Shown: one piece after another, positions 8,201-16,930 of the stretch
Position numbering within the stretch: position 1 is the stretch's first letter
Layout: every line of letters starts with the position of its first letter
From: Verrucomicrobiales bacterium
GTDB lineage: Bacteria; Verrucomicrobiota; Verrucomicrobiia; Limisphaerales; UBA9464
DNA length: 58,950 nt
Assembly (NCBI GenBank): GCA_005793375.1
Contig: SXSK01000417.1
Span: forward strand, 1-58,950
Reading direction: 5' to 3'
The notes under the pieces: generated by a model
Database searches by the model: none
The model's input: the letters and a program-made list of their open reading frames with translations, nothing else
Told to the model about the DNA's origin: nothing
Position numbers and translations under genes: made by a program

Positions 8201-10669
8201 AATGGGCGGAATCTTGCAGGCGACCCCCAAAGGGCACTCCATAATTTCCGTCCTGGAAACCTTAACGCCGATAACTGGCACCAACCTCGTAACGGGGGCA
8301 TCGTGCAGGGAAACCGTTGCAGAAACGCGCTTCGGATCGATCTGATAATGGGGAATCAAACCATCTGCGGTTGACGCCTGCAGAGTCGCGACGATAGTTT
8401 CAACCCCTTCGGTCAAGGCATCCATTTTTCCAAGGACCTTGAGCTCCACGTAAGGTTTCCCTTCGGGGATCGTCACTCGCTCGGGCAATTTCTCGTAATC
8501 CAAACCAGGCGACGCCGATCCAGAAAAGTCCAAACCCACGATCAGGGATTTCTTTAAATCTCCAGTCCGACTGATCTTAAACAATCCAGGTAGGATCAGA
8601 CAAGTTGGGCAAGGCTCGGAGGTCTTAGGCTGCGACGCCTCAATGCTGACAACCGGCGCCGTGTTGAACGGGAAATCATGGATCACCACCTTGGCTTCTC
8701 CTTGCTCCACCAAGAACGGCGGCGGGAAGGTGGGCAGGCCAGGCGGGATCAGAATCTGTACGACCACCATTTCGTCGTTTTCCAGGAGAGAATCCGGCAG
8801 CGCTTCAACCCAGATTTCCACCGAACTCTTGCCAGCAGGAATGGTGGCTTCCGACCCTAGCTTCGAATAGTCCACCCCGTTGACAGCACTTCCCGAGAAA
8901 CCCAGTGCAACGGTCAATGGTCCTCTCAAGTCGCTGGCTGTTCGACTGAGCGTCAATACCGCAGGGGCTGGTTCCGGCATGTCGGGGCAAAGATCCTTCA
9001 GGCATAAGAAGGGTTCGCGTGTCTCGGCACGCGTCGCCCGGATACTTACCACAGGGGTGTCCGTAGGGGTGTTGGTTTCGTTATCATGGATCACCACCGT
9101 GGCAGTGCCTGCTCGTGGATCGATGCGATAAGTCGGTGCCGCGTCGGTGGTCGGAAACACCAAGGTTGAGGTGACCGTTTCTTCCCCTTCAATGAGTAGG
9201 TCGTCGAATGGACCAACGTGGAATTCCACCGAGGCCGCTCCGGCTGGCAACTCCACACGGCGTGCGAGCTCTTCATAGTCCTTTCCTGGGGTGGCAGTCC
9301 CAGAATAGTCGAGGTAAACGACTAAAGCCGCCTTAGGATCGCCCGTCCGGCGCACCGTGAACCGACCCGGGGCGATCCGGCAAACCGGGCAGGGTTCGCC
9401 AGTGTTGGGGGCCGTCGCCTCAATGGACACCAACGGTAGCCCTGTTGGATCCGACTCCAAAACCCCAAAGAGTTCGAGGTCGAAGCTCAGGTCCGAACTG
9501 GTGAGGCTGACCTGATGAACCTCTACCGCCAGAACATTCAACCCGGTCGTGAGCCAGTCCGGGCGCAACCGAAATTCGTGCCACGCGTTTTCGTCCTCGC
9601 CATTCGCCAGCGCAAGCGTGCCGAAGGTCACCGGTCCATCCGGCATGTTATCAGACATCACCCGCTTGCCATTGATGAAGACCACAGCGCCATCGTCGCG
9701 CACCAAACGCAGAACCAGTGAACTGAAATCAAGCGGGGACGAGACCTCGAATGCGCGCCGAAAATAGACGGTAGGCTGCAACGGTTTGGTGGCAGGAATC
9801 AGTGTGGCTTCGTCTTTCTCGCCAAACCCCAATTGAGCCGGACCTGAAGGCCAGTCTGAGTCCGAGAATCCGCTCTGAGACCAACGATCACCCAGATTCT
9901 GATTCTTGGCGTGATAGCGCCAAGTGGATCCCGCTTTCACCAAGGGCTGCAAACGCGGCGTCTCCCCCACTTGAATCGAAACCCCAGTCTCCGACTTATT
10001 TCCTGCATTGTCTTCCACCACCACGGCGATGCGATGGACTCCAGCGGTGGCCTTGTGCCAAGGCCACTTGAATTGTTGGACCTGGCCGGGCTTCGGAGGG
10101 ATCAGGAACTGAATTGTTTCCTCGCCCACCTTTTTGCCATCGACGTGATACGCCACGTACGGCACATACCCGTCGGGATCGACCGTCTCGATGACCATGG
10201 AGACGGTATCTCCAACGGCGTAACGGGCACCGGCTTTTGGTTCCAGGAGCGTCAATTTGGGCGCGATTGGCGCTTCGCTTGAATGGACCTTGATGGCGAC
10301 GCTTTCGGAAATCAGCAGCACGTCCAAGATTTTATGGTGGGCCTCCGCCCGCAGGAGATGGACCCCCGCGGGGGCTGACTTCCAGACAGCTTTCAGCTTC
10401 GGAAGCACACCAGCAGCGTCAGGCACGTGCTTAACCTCGCCGATCCGGGTTTGGCCCGCATAAAAGTCAACCTTGACCCAATCCGCCGGGCTGTCCACTG
10501 CAAGAACTGCGGCAATCTCAATGGCTTCCGAGGCCTTGAAGGTCTGACCCGCAGCGGGATAGACCAACTGAAGTCTTGGCTCAATCGGAGGCAGTGCACG
10601 CGCTGACGAGCCAAGCCAGAGTGACAGGACGAACAAACACGCCCGAGAGAGTGCCGATGTGAGCTTCAT
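5300..10669 (-). CDS. Giant secreted/surface protein: about 4 bacterial Ig-like domains, a jelly-roll domain, about 6 Calx-beta-like repeats, verrucomicrobial C-terminal domain
   Basis: 1789 aa; signal peptide; repeats of xSGSATPGxDY...DxLxEGxETxxxxL; Ig motifs VDFYAG..IG and WKNxxxGxH; C-terminus VEFSDDLNFW...QRFYRI. Confidence 0.85.
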   Translation of the reverse strand: MKLTSALSRACLFVLSLWLGSSARALPPIEPRLQLVYPAAGQTFKASEAIEIAAVLAVDSPADWVKVDFYAGQTRIGEVKHVPDAAGVLPKLKAVWKSAPAGVHLLRAEAHHKILDVLLISESVAIKVHSSEAPIAPKLTLLEPKAGARYAVGDTVSMVIETVDPDGYVPYVAYHVDGKKVGEETIQFLIPPKPGQVQQFKWPWHKATAGVHRIAVVVEDNAGNKSETGVSIQVGETPRLQPLVKAGSTWRYHAKNQNLGDRWSQSGFSDSDWPSGPAQLGFGEKDEATLIPATKPLQPTVYFRRAFEVSSPLDFSSLVLRLVRDDGAVVFINGKRVMSDNMPDGPVTFGTLALANGEDENAWHEFRLRPDWLTTGLNVLAVEVHQVSLTSSDLSFDLELFGVLESDPTGLPLVSIEATAPNTGEPCPVCRIAPGRFTVRRTGDPKAALVVYLDYSGTATPGKDYEELARRVELPAGAASVEFHVGPFDDLLIEGEETVTSTLVFPTTDAAPTYRIDPRAGTATVVIHDNETNTPTDTPVVSIRATRAETREPFLCLKDLCPDMPEPAPAVLTLSRTASDLRGPLTVALGFSGSAVNGVDYSKLGSEATIPAGKSSVEIWVEALPDSLLENDEMVVVQILIPPGLPTFPPPFLVEQGEAKVVIHDFPFNTAPVVSIEASQPKTSEPCPTCLILPGLFKISRTGDLKKSLIVGLDFSGSASPGLDYEKLPERVTIPEGKPYVELKVLGKMDALTEGVETIVATLQASTADGLIPHYQIDPKRVSATVSLHDAPVTRLVPVIGVKVSRTEIMECPLGVACKIPPIEITFERSDARLAEPLVIPVQWGGSATWIEDFGLSEFESLPKTIQFAAGSRSTTVRLYSFTDCMIEENETVTVEILPDASMGPIARYEIAPDLAAAKIKILDGSASMAESLPTVQIRSSANVPELCPPNAFCPAIEIVLTRKGGDLKKSLEVLFQTSGSATPGKDYRDFPKSAVFAPGESTTRLTSTPIDDTLVEGDETIVVSLVCSDSAVPNYLIQGAMAAAKLVILDNESKPAKEAFVTIIEPKSGATFERPEAIVFRADTLDPMGTMTHLDWYGNGEKIGDSNIVFIRPPDPGMPLQHEFHWKNPPLGEHKVFAVGVDAALKRVVSRAVLVVVRGVNARPVVTVTAGVAETHEVPPGSKRALIPATLILKRTGSTDHSLKVRYTVGGSAKNGRDYGFLDGDVTIAGGEQERVVFVSPITDEEVEGDEYVEFTLKSSEAYSVGAPGAARVVIHDAQQPTEPLVTFLAPQDGAKFKFGQDISLQVQAIDPAGYFGQMDFLANGELLGTDWLVICAGLGCEPKPGTPIRFQFQWKNAKPGEYKVQAATRDGAGKPVLFATIRVSVGASTAQPILVRHLPKAYQPGKNFGVSLAATLPSDAQGYAVEEYPPKGWTVSNISDGGSWDASKGAIKFGPFLDGQHRVLRYDVLPSKGFTIKAAFSGWISVDGKSDRTQGDQTVSVEADDMHPADHSPANWSLGVNEVTAYGAAWRTGKSWEVGPNPIPIDYVTRAGALWRGGEAYRVDSLAGPAPLHWVNQSTDGVRTVALDFDLPEADLATALVWLRGRQSFAVAKLEPLAGSSASVYALRTLPGDHVRAQAVEAYVPEGAAVAEISHDGVYDNVRGIIHWGPFFDQEPRMLSARVQGVLPPQLKAIASFDGQNSSVANTLPSTSADAGPRIVQVRPLVDGTVQLLVVDEGAAGCDVEFSDDLNFWHRVGTMAPGTDCQVHHDSDANESRQRFYRISRRK

Positions 10670-10958
10670 ACCAATTGATTAATGGACACCGCAGTTCGAA
10701 ACCGGACGCGAAAACCAAGACCACTGGCTGACTGCTTTCCGATCTCAGCCACAACCTACACGAACTTCATGGGTTTTGCCATCGACAGAATCAATTGGAA
10801 CGCATGAACTTTACGGTGCAACGCAACGCGGTCCCATTCGGATGATTCGAACCAACGGCAACCCTTCGGCGACATTCGGCTGTTCCTGGTTTGAACAGTC
10901 CTGTGGGATGCTTCGTCTTAGGTCGCATGGCTCATTTGACCCTGAGCCACTCTTGACC

Positions 10959-12605
10959 ATGATCTTCCCAGTCTTGATTCGCATAGCCATCGGGGCGTTC
11001 CTTTCTCTCACCCTATACGCCGCGGAAAACGGCGCCAACGCGGAGAAGGACGCCGAAAAACCAAAGTCCAAGAATTCAGCAGCCAAGAATGCGGCAGACG
11101 ACTTGGCATCCACCCACTTCTTCATGGGCCCCATTCAGCGCTTCGAGATCACGCTGACTCGGGGCGAAATGAACAAGCTCAACTCCGTTCAAGGCTGGGG
11201 AGGTCCCAAGCTACATGTTTCCGCCAGCGTCCAGGTCGGGACCAACATGTACGAAAAGGTGTCCCTCCACCTCAAAGGCGCCGCTGGAAGCTTTCGAAGC
11301 GTCTCCAGTGGGAACCCGGCCTTCACCCTAAACTTCGGTAAACTGAACGACGCCCAGAAGTTCCACGGGATGCGCAAAATCCATCTCAACAACTCCCTTC
11401 AAGATCCCAGCCGTCTCAGCGAGCTGTTCTGCGGGGAGATCTACCGCCGCGCGGGTGTTCCGGCGACCCGGGCGACCCACGCTTTGGTTTCGCTCAATGG
11501 GAAGGATCTCGGTTTGTATGTTTTGAAGGAGGGTTTCGACAAACCCTTCCTTCGCCGAAACTTCGGCGATGCCTCCGGAAACCTCTATGATGGCGGTTTT
11601 GTGCAAGATGTGGACAACGACCTGGAGCGCGATTCCGGGGATGGCCCTGAGACCCGGAAAGACCTACGTGACCTAGCCGAAGCAGCTCTGGAAGGTGACC
11701 CCACAGCGCGGCTCAACAAGCTCGAAAAGGTTTTGGACATCGATCGTTTCCTGACCCTTTCGGCCCTTCAATTCCTGTTCGACGATTGGGATGGTTATAT
11801 ACGGAATCGAAACAATTACCGCATTTACCACGATCCAAGAACGGACAAAATGGTGTTTCTACCCCATGGCATGGACCAAATGTTCGAGACTCCCAACAGT
11901 CCGTTGTTGAGGCCGGTGGGAGGTTTGGTTGCCCGGCAAGTCTTCTCCATCCCTGGAATGAAAGGCAAGCTGCTGAAACGGGTCGGGGAACTCACGAATT
12001 CGGTCTTCACAATGGCGGCCCTGGATGAGGTTCTAGCGGCGCCGAAGTTGCGCCTTCAAGAAGCGTTGGCTGATCGAGGCCGTGAAGCCGATATCGTCGC
12101 TCGACAAGGGCAGGGCTTCCGAAGCCGGGTCGCGCAACGTTTGCAAAAGGTGACCGCCGGGGCAACGGCACCCCTCAAGTTTGATTCCAACAATTCCTTG
12201 GAACTGGCCAAGTTCAACTGGGCTGAGCACCTAGAAGGAGCCGGTGCCGATTTGTCCCGGCAGGCAGACCAAGGCAAGTCGTACCTAGCAATCCGGGCGA
12301 CGCAACCGAGTAGCGTGGGCTCCTTCCGAACCACCTTGCGCCTCGAGCCCGGTGTCTATCGATTGGAAGCCACAGCGAAAGCCTCCAATGTTCGCGCGGT
12401 GAACAGCACACGAGGTACGGGTGCGGGCGTTCGAATCAGCGGCGACAGGCGGGCGAATCGACTGATGGGAACCACGGATTGGCGCCTCTTGTCACACGAC
12501 TTCGAACTAGAGGAACCTGGCGAAGTCGTTTTGGTGTTAGAACTGCGAGCCAATGAGGGTGACGTCGCCTTTGACCTGGCTTCCGCCAAACTCCGGCGGC
12601 TCTAA
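10959..12605 (+). CDS. CotH kinase family protein with C-terminal beta-sandwich domain
   Basis: Probable start MIFPVLIRIA (signal peptide); LKGAAGSFR, RAGVPATR, LGLYVLKE, DWDGY..NNYRIY, FLPHGMD. Confidence 0.85.
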   Translation: MIFPVLIRIAIGAFLSLTLYAAENGANAEKDAEKPKSKNSAAKNAADDLASTHFFMGPIQRFEITLTRGEMNKLNSVQGWGGPKLHVSASVQVGTNMYEKVSLHLKGAAGSFRSVSSGNPAFTLNFGKLNDAQKFHGMRKIHLNNSLQDPSRLSELFCGEIYRRAGVPATRATHALVSLNGKDLGLYVLKEGFDKPFLRRNFGDASGNLYDGGFVQDVDNDLERDSGDGPETRKDLRDLAEAALEGDPTARLNKLEKVLDIDRFLTLSALQFLFDDWDGYIRNRNNYRIYHDPRTDKMVFLPHGMDQMFETPNSPLLRPVGGLVARQVFSIPGMKGKLLKRVGELTNSVFTMAALDEVLAAPKLRLQEALADRGREADIVARQGQGFRSRVAQRLQKVTAGATAPLKFDSNNSLELAKFNWAEHLEGAGADLSRQADQGKSYLAIRATQPSSVGSFRTTLRLEPGVYRLEATAKASNVRAVNSTRGTGAGVRISGDRRANRLMGTTDWRLLSHDFELEEPGEVVLVLELRANEGDVAFDLASAKLRRL

Positions 12606-12650
12606 CGATTGGCGCATCTCTCTCGTGCAACCATCCCATCCAACCTAGGT

Positions 12651-14777
12651 ATGAATACCAATGGGATCATGGATCGACGCCATTGGCTGAGCTTCCTGTG
12701 GCTATGTTTCGCGCTGCTCGGCACTGGCATGGCGCTCCGAGTGGAGGCCACCGTGGTCCTGAATGAACTCATGTACCATCCACCCGGCGAGGCCGAGGAG
12801 ATTCAATGGATCGAACTCCACAACACCGGTCCCCAAGACGTGACCCTCGACGGTTGGTCACTGGATGCTGGGGTGAAATTTACCTTTCCAGCAGGCGCCA
12901 AATTGGCCAAGGACGGCTATCTGGTTTTATGCCGGGACGCTGGTGCCTTCCAACGGGTCTACCCCGGTGTCACGCCGTTCGACAGTTTTCAAGGCAAACT
13001 CAAAACCAGCGGCGAACAAATAGACCTCAAGAATGCCCGGGGCGAACCCGTCGACTCCGTGGCGTACCAAGACAGCTCTCCATGGCCTATTGCTCCCGAC
13101 GGTTTCAGCGCCTCCCTGGAACGTGTGACGCCGTCGGAGCCTGCCAATCTTCCACACAATTGGGTGGCATCCCCTCTGACCGCTCGAGGGCAACGCCCTG
13201 GTGGCACCCCAGGAAAGCGCAATGCCGGCTATTCCCCTGCCCTAGCCCCGGGAGTCCTCAGTCTGACCGCCGAACCGTCTGCGCCCAAGCCGACAGAGAT
13301 TATCAGCGTCACCGTCCGCCTGGTCGGAAACCCGAACGTTCGATCCGTCACACTTCTCGCACGCGATGCGCGTTCCGGGTATAACGGCACCGAGGAACGC
13401 CTGCCTATGGAACGGGCTGGAACCAACGTATTCAAGGCCAAAGTGCCCGCTCGAAAACTGCCGGGGGTCTTGCGGCTTCGGGCGGCGGTTGAAGGCGAAA
13501 ACGGCGGCAAGCGATTCTTTCCAGGCCCAAATGAGCCGCGCCCCGCTGTGTCCCTTTATGTCCATGAACCGGCGCAACCCGCGCGCATACCCCAAGCGTT
13601 CATCTTGCAGTTCGGCCAGAATCCTCTTTCTGGAGAACGGAATTACAATCGCAGTTGGAACAGTCCCTCGAAACCATCTCCACCGATTCAAGGTTCCACA
13701 GCATTCCTCTGGATCGGGACCAACGGCGAACCTGCCAAGCTCTTCGATTTCGTCACGGTCCATGAGCGCACCGCCGGGTGGAAAGTCCATCTCCATCGCG
13801 ACAATACCCTGGATGGGATGACCACTCTCAATTTCACCTTTGAGGACCACGAGCGGTTCGTGGTGGCGGAACCACTCGCCTATGATCTCCATCGCCGCGC
13901 AGGGGTTCCAGCCTCCCGTACCGAGTTCGTTCGGTTAAGTTTCGACAATCGGAATCTCGGCTACCACCTCATGGTTGAACAACCCAACAAAGCCTTTCTG
14001 CGCCATCAGGGTCGGAACGACAACGGCCACCTCTACAAGCTGCAATGGTTCGGCAATTCCGTGGTCGAGCAGCACGAAAAGAAGACCCGCCGCCGCGAGG
14101 GTCACGCGGATCTGCTGAGCACGATTTCCGATCTTCAAAAGACTAAAGGCACGGCTCAATGGGAAGTCATCAAACGCCAATTTAATGTCGAGGAGATCCT
14201 GACTTATTTCGCTGTTACGTCGCTGGCGGCCTACTGGGATGGCTACTTCAACAATCACTTCATCTATCACGATATTCAGTCGGGCAAATGGGAAATCTAT
14301 CCTTGGGATTTGGATAAGGCCTGTGGCTTTCATGACGGGGTCGGCATGGGGATCTTCTATGAACTGCCGCTAACCTTCGGGGCAGAAGGCGACAAGCCGC
14401 CAGGTTGGACTGGGAGGCCACCTCGCAATTTCCATGAAAGCGGGAGCCCTTGGTGGCGCCCTGGCGGTCCCTTCAGCAAACCCATTCTCGCGAATCCAAT
14501 GGCCAAAAAACTGTACCACTCGCGCATTCGGGAGTTGCTCGACCGAGAGTTCACCCAGGAAACGATGAATGCCGCGATCGACCGGATGCGCATCCAATTG
14601 CAAGATGAAGTCCGAATCCGAGCGCAAGCCACCGGGGATGATCCCCGCCGCGCCCAACGCCGCCTCGACGCCCATCTCCAGTCGCTCAAGGAATTCGTCC
14701 GATTGCGGCGGGAGTATCTCCTCGCGCAAAAAGAGATTGCCGAGGCGGGTCCCTTTGATCGAAATCTTCTCCGCTGA
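12651..14777 (+). CDS. Lamin-tail-domain + CotH kinase family protein
   Basis: VVLNELMYHP..QWIELHN..GTPGKRN lamin-tail domain; RAGVPASR, WDGYFNNHFIY, YPWDLD; start at 12651 or 12669. Confidence 0.87.
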   Translation: MNTNGIMDRRHWLSFLWLCFALLGTGMALRVEATVVLNELMYHPPGEAEEIQWIELHNTGPQDVTLDGWSLDAGVKFTFPAGAKLAKDGYLVLCRDAGAFQRVYPGVTPFDSFQGKLKTSGEQIDLKNARGEPVDSVAYQDSSPWPIAPDGFSASLERVTPSEPANLPHNWVASPLTARGQRPGGTPGKRNAGYSPALAPGVLSLTAEPSAPKPTEIISVTVRLVGNPNVRSVTLLARDARSGYNGTEERLPMERAGTNVFKAKVPARKLPGVLRLRAAVEGENGGKRFFPGPNEPRPAVSLYVHEPAQPARIPQAFILQFGQNPLSGERNYNRSWNSPSKPSPPIQGSTAFLWIGTNGEPAKLFDFVTVHERTAGWKVHLHRDNTLDGMTTLNFTFEDHERFVVAEPLAYDLHRRAGVPASRTEFVRLSFDNRNLGYHLMVEQPNKAFLRHQGRNDNGHLYKLQWFGNSVVEQHEKKTRRREGHADLLSTISDLQKTKGTAQWEVIKRQFNVEEILTYFAVTSLAAYWDGYFNNHFIYHDIQSGKWEIYPWDLDKACGFHDGVGMGIFYELPLTFGAEGDKPPGWTGRPPRNFHESGSPWWRPGGPFSKPILANPMAKKLYHSRIRELLDREFTQETMNAAIDRMRIQLQDEVRIRAQATGDDPRRAQRRLDAHLQSLKEFVRLRREYLLAQKEIAEAGPFDRNLLR

Positions 14778-14818
14778 CAAACCTCACACCCGATTCACTC
14801 GAATCCAGAGTTCACGAC

Positions 14819-16930
14819 ATGATGCCACGTTTTCCGGGCCGTTTCCCCACTCAACTTCGTCATCAATTCCTGGCATTGCTGGCAGTGACTACTCCGATGA
14901 TGACCACCCTGACCGATGAAGGAATGTGGCTTTACAACAACCCGCCCAAAGAGCAGATCCGCCAGAAATACGGATTTGAACTGACCTCCGGGTGGCTCGA
15001 CCACCTTAAACGGGCGTCTATACGATTCAATTCTGGCGGTTCTGGATCCTTTGTCAGCGAGGATGGTCTCGTGATCTCCAATCACCACGTTGGAGCGGAT
15101 GCCATCCAGAAGCTGAGTAGGAAGGATCGAAACTTTCTTCGCGATGGGTTTCATGCGAAATCCCAGGCTGAGGAACTCAAATGCGTGGACCTGGAGCTGA
15201 ATATTCTCCAGGACATCGAGGATGTCACCACACGCGTCAATGAAGCCATCCCCGCGGGTGCCACGCCGGAAGAATCCTTCAAGGCGCGTCGACGTGTGAT
15301 CGCAGAGATCGAAAAGGAATCCCAAGACCGTACCCATCTTCGGAGCAATGTCGTCACCCTTTATCAAGGCGGCCAATACCACCTCTACCGTTTCAAGCGC
15401 TATACCGATGTCCGCATGGTCTTCGCTCCGGAACAGCAGGCGGCCTTCTTTGGGGGTGATCCGGATAATTTCGAGTTTCCGCGATACAACCTCGATATCT
15501 GCTTGTTCCGAGTTTACGAGAACGACCGTCCCATCCATGTCGACCATTACCTGAAGTGGTCCAAGTCCGGTGCTGGGGAAGGCGAACTGACGTTTGTGTC
15601 GGGCCATCCTGGACGGACCAGTCGTTTGCTCACGATGCCGGAGTTGGAGTATTTACGAGATATTCAATATCCCTACTCCTTGGGACGCTTGAAACGCCGG
15701 GAAGTCTTGCTCTCTTCCTGGAGCGCGCGCAGTTCAGAGAACGGACGGCGTGCCAAAGACGAACTTTTCGGAATTCAAAATTCTCGCAAAGCCTTGGATG
15801 GTGGACACGCAGGATTGTTCGACCCAGTCCTCATGGGCGCCAAGGCCACCCGGGAAGCGGAGTTCCAAAAACGCGTGGCTGCCCGTCCGGAACTGGCCGA
15901 GACCCTCAAGGCTTACGAACGAATCGCCTCGGCGCAAATCGCCATCAGCAAGGTGGCGCTGAGGCATCGGCTACTCGAAGGCGGACACGCCTTTGCAGGG
16001 GACACCTTTGGTCATGCGCGAGCCCTCTTGCGCGCCGCCGAAGAACGCAGCAAACCGAATGGTGATCGCTTGCGCGAATACAATGATTCGAACCGCGAAG
16101 AATTCGAGCTGGATCTCTTCTCCGAGCGCCCAGTCTATGAAGACCTCGAACTCTTGCAACTGAGCGACTCGCTGACGTTTCTGGCTGAACAACTGGGGGT
16201 TCAAGACCCGCTGGTGACCGCCATACTCTCTGGACGTTCTCCCCGCGATCGAGCACTTGAACTGATCCGTGGCACGAAGGTTCGGGAAGTTGCGGTTCGG
16301 AAGAAACTGTATGAGGGCGGCGACAGGGCCATCCGCGAGACCAAGGACCCGATGATTGAACTCGCCCGACGGGTGGACGAAGAAGCGCGAAGCCTTCGCA
16401 AAATCGTCGAGGCACAGACCGAATCCAAACAGCAGGCTCACGCTGTCATCGCAAAGGCTCGATACGCCTTGGATGGGGCCTCGTCGTATCCGGACGCCAC
16501 GTTCACGCTGCGCCTTGCCTATGGCACGGTGAGAAGCCTTAATGACGGCGGTGTTCTGCAACCGGCCATGACGGATATGGGCGGCCTGTTTGCTCGACAC
16601 CAGGAGATGGGTGGGCGTGAACCTTTCGATCTGCCGGAACGTTGGCTCAAGCGCCGAGAAACCCTGAATCTCAAGACTCCCTTCAACTTCATTGGCGATC
16701 AGGATATTATTGGCGGCAACTCTGGAAGCCCAGTCGTGAATCGTGCGGGCGAGTTTGTTGGCATTATTTTCGACGGCAATATACACAGTTTGGTTTTGGA
16801 CTTCGTTTATGACTCGACCAAGGCTCGCTGTATCAGTGTGCACAGTTCGGCGATTCTGGAAGCGTTGGATAAGGTCTATGACGCCCATGCACTCGTCCGT
16901 GAACTGAAAAGTGGTAGGTACCGCCCTTAG
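14819..16930 (+). CDS. S46 family dipeptidyl peptidase (DPP7-like)
   Basis: DEGMWL, GSGSFVS, NHH, YPDATFTLRL, DIIGGNSGSPV; FDGN gives Gly at the S1 position as in DPP7. Confidence 0.93.
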   Translation: MMPRFPGRFPTQLRHQFLALLAVTTPMMTTLTDEGMWLYNNPPKEQIRQKYGFELTSGWLDHLKRASIRFNSGGSGSFVSEDGLVISNHHVGADAIQKLSRKDRNFLRDGFHAKSQAEELKCVDLELNILQDIEDVTTRVNEAIPAGATPEESFKARRRVIAEIEKESQDRTHLRSNVVTLYQGGQYHLYRFKRYTDVRMVFAPEQQAAFFGGDPDNFEFPRYNLDICLFRVYENDRPIHVDHYLKWSKSGAGEGELTFVSGHPGRTSRLLTMPELEYLRDIQYPYSLGRLKRREVLLSSWSARSSENGRRAKDELFGIQNSRKALDGGHAGLFDPVLMGAKATREAEFQKRVAARPELAETLKAYERIASAQIAISKVALRHRLLEGGHAFAGDTFGHARALLRAAEERSKPNGDRLREYNDSNREEFELDLFSERPVYEDLELLQLSDSLTFLAEQLGVQDPLVTAILSGRSPRDRALELIRGTKVREVAVRKKLYEGGDRAIRETKDPMIELARRVDEEARSLRKIVEAQTESKQQAHAVIAKARYALDGASSYPDATFTLRLAYGTVRSLNDGGVLQPAMTDMGGLFARHQEMGGREPFDLPERWLKRRETLNLKTPFNFIGDQDIIGGNSGSPVVNRAGEFVGIIFDGNIHSLVLDFVYDSTKARCISVHSSAILEALDKVYDAHALVRELKSGRYRP

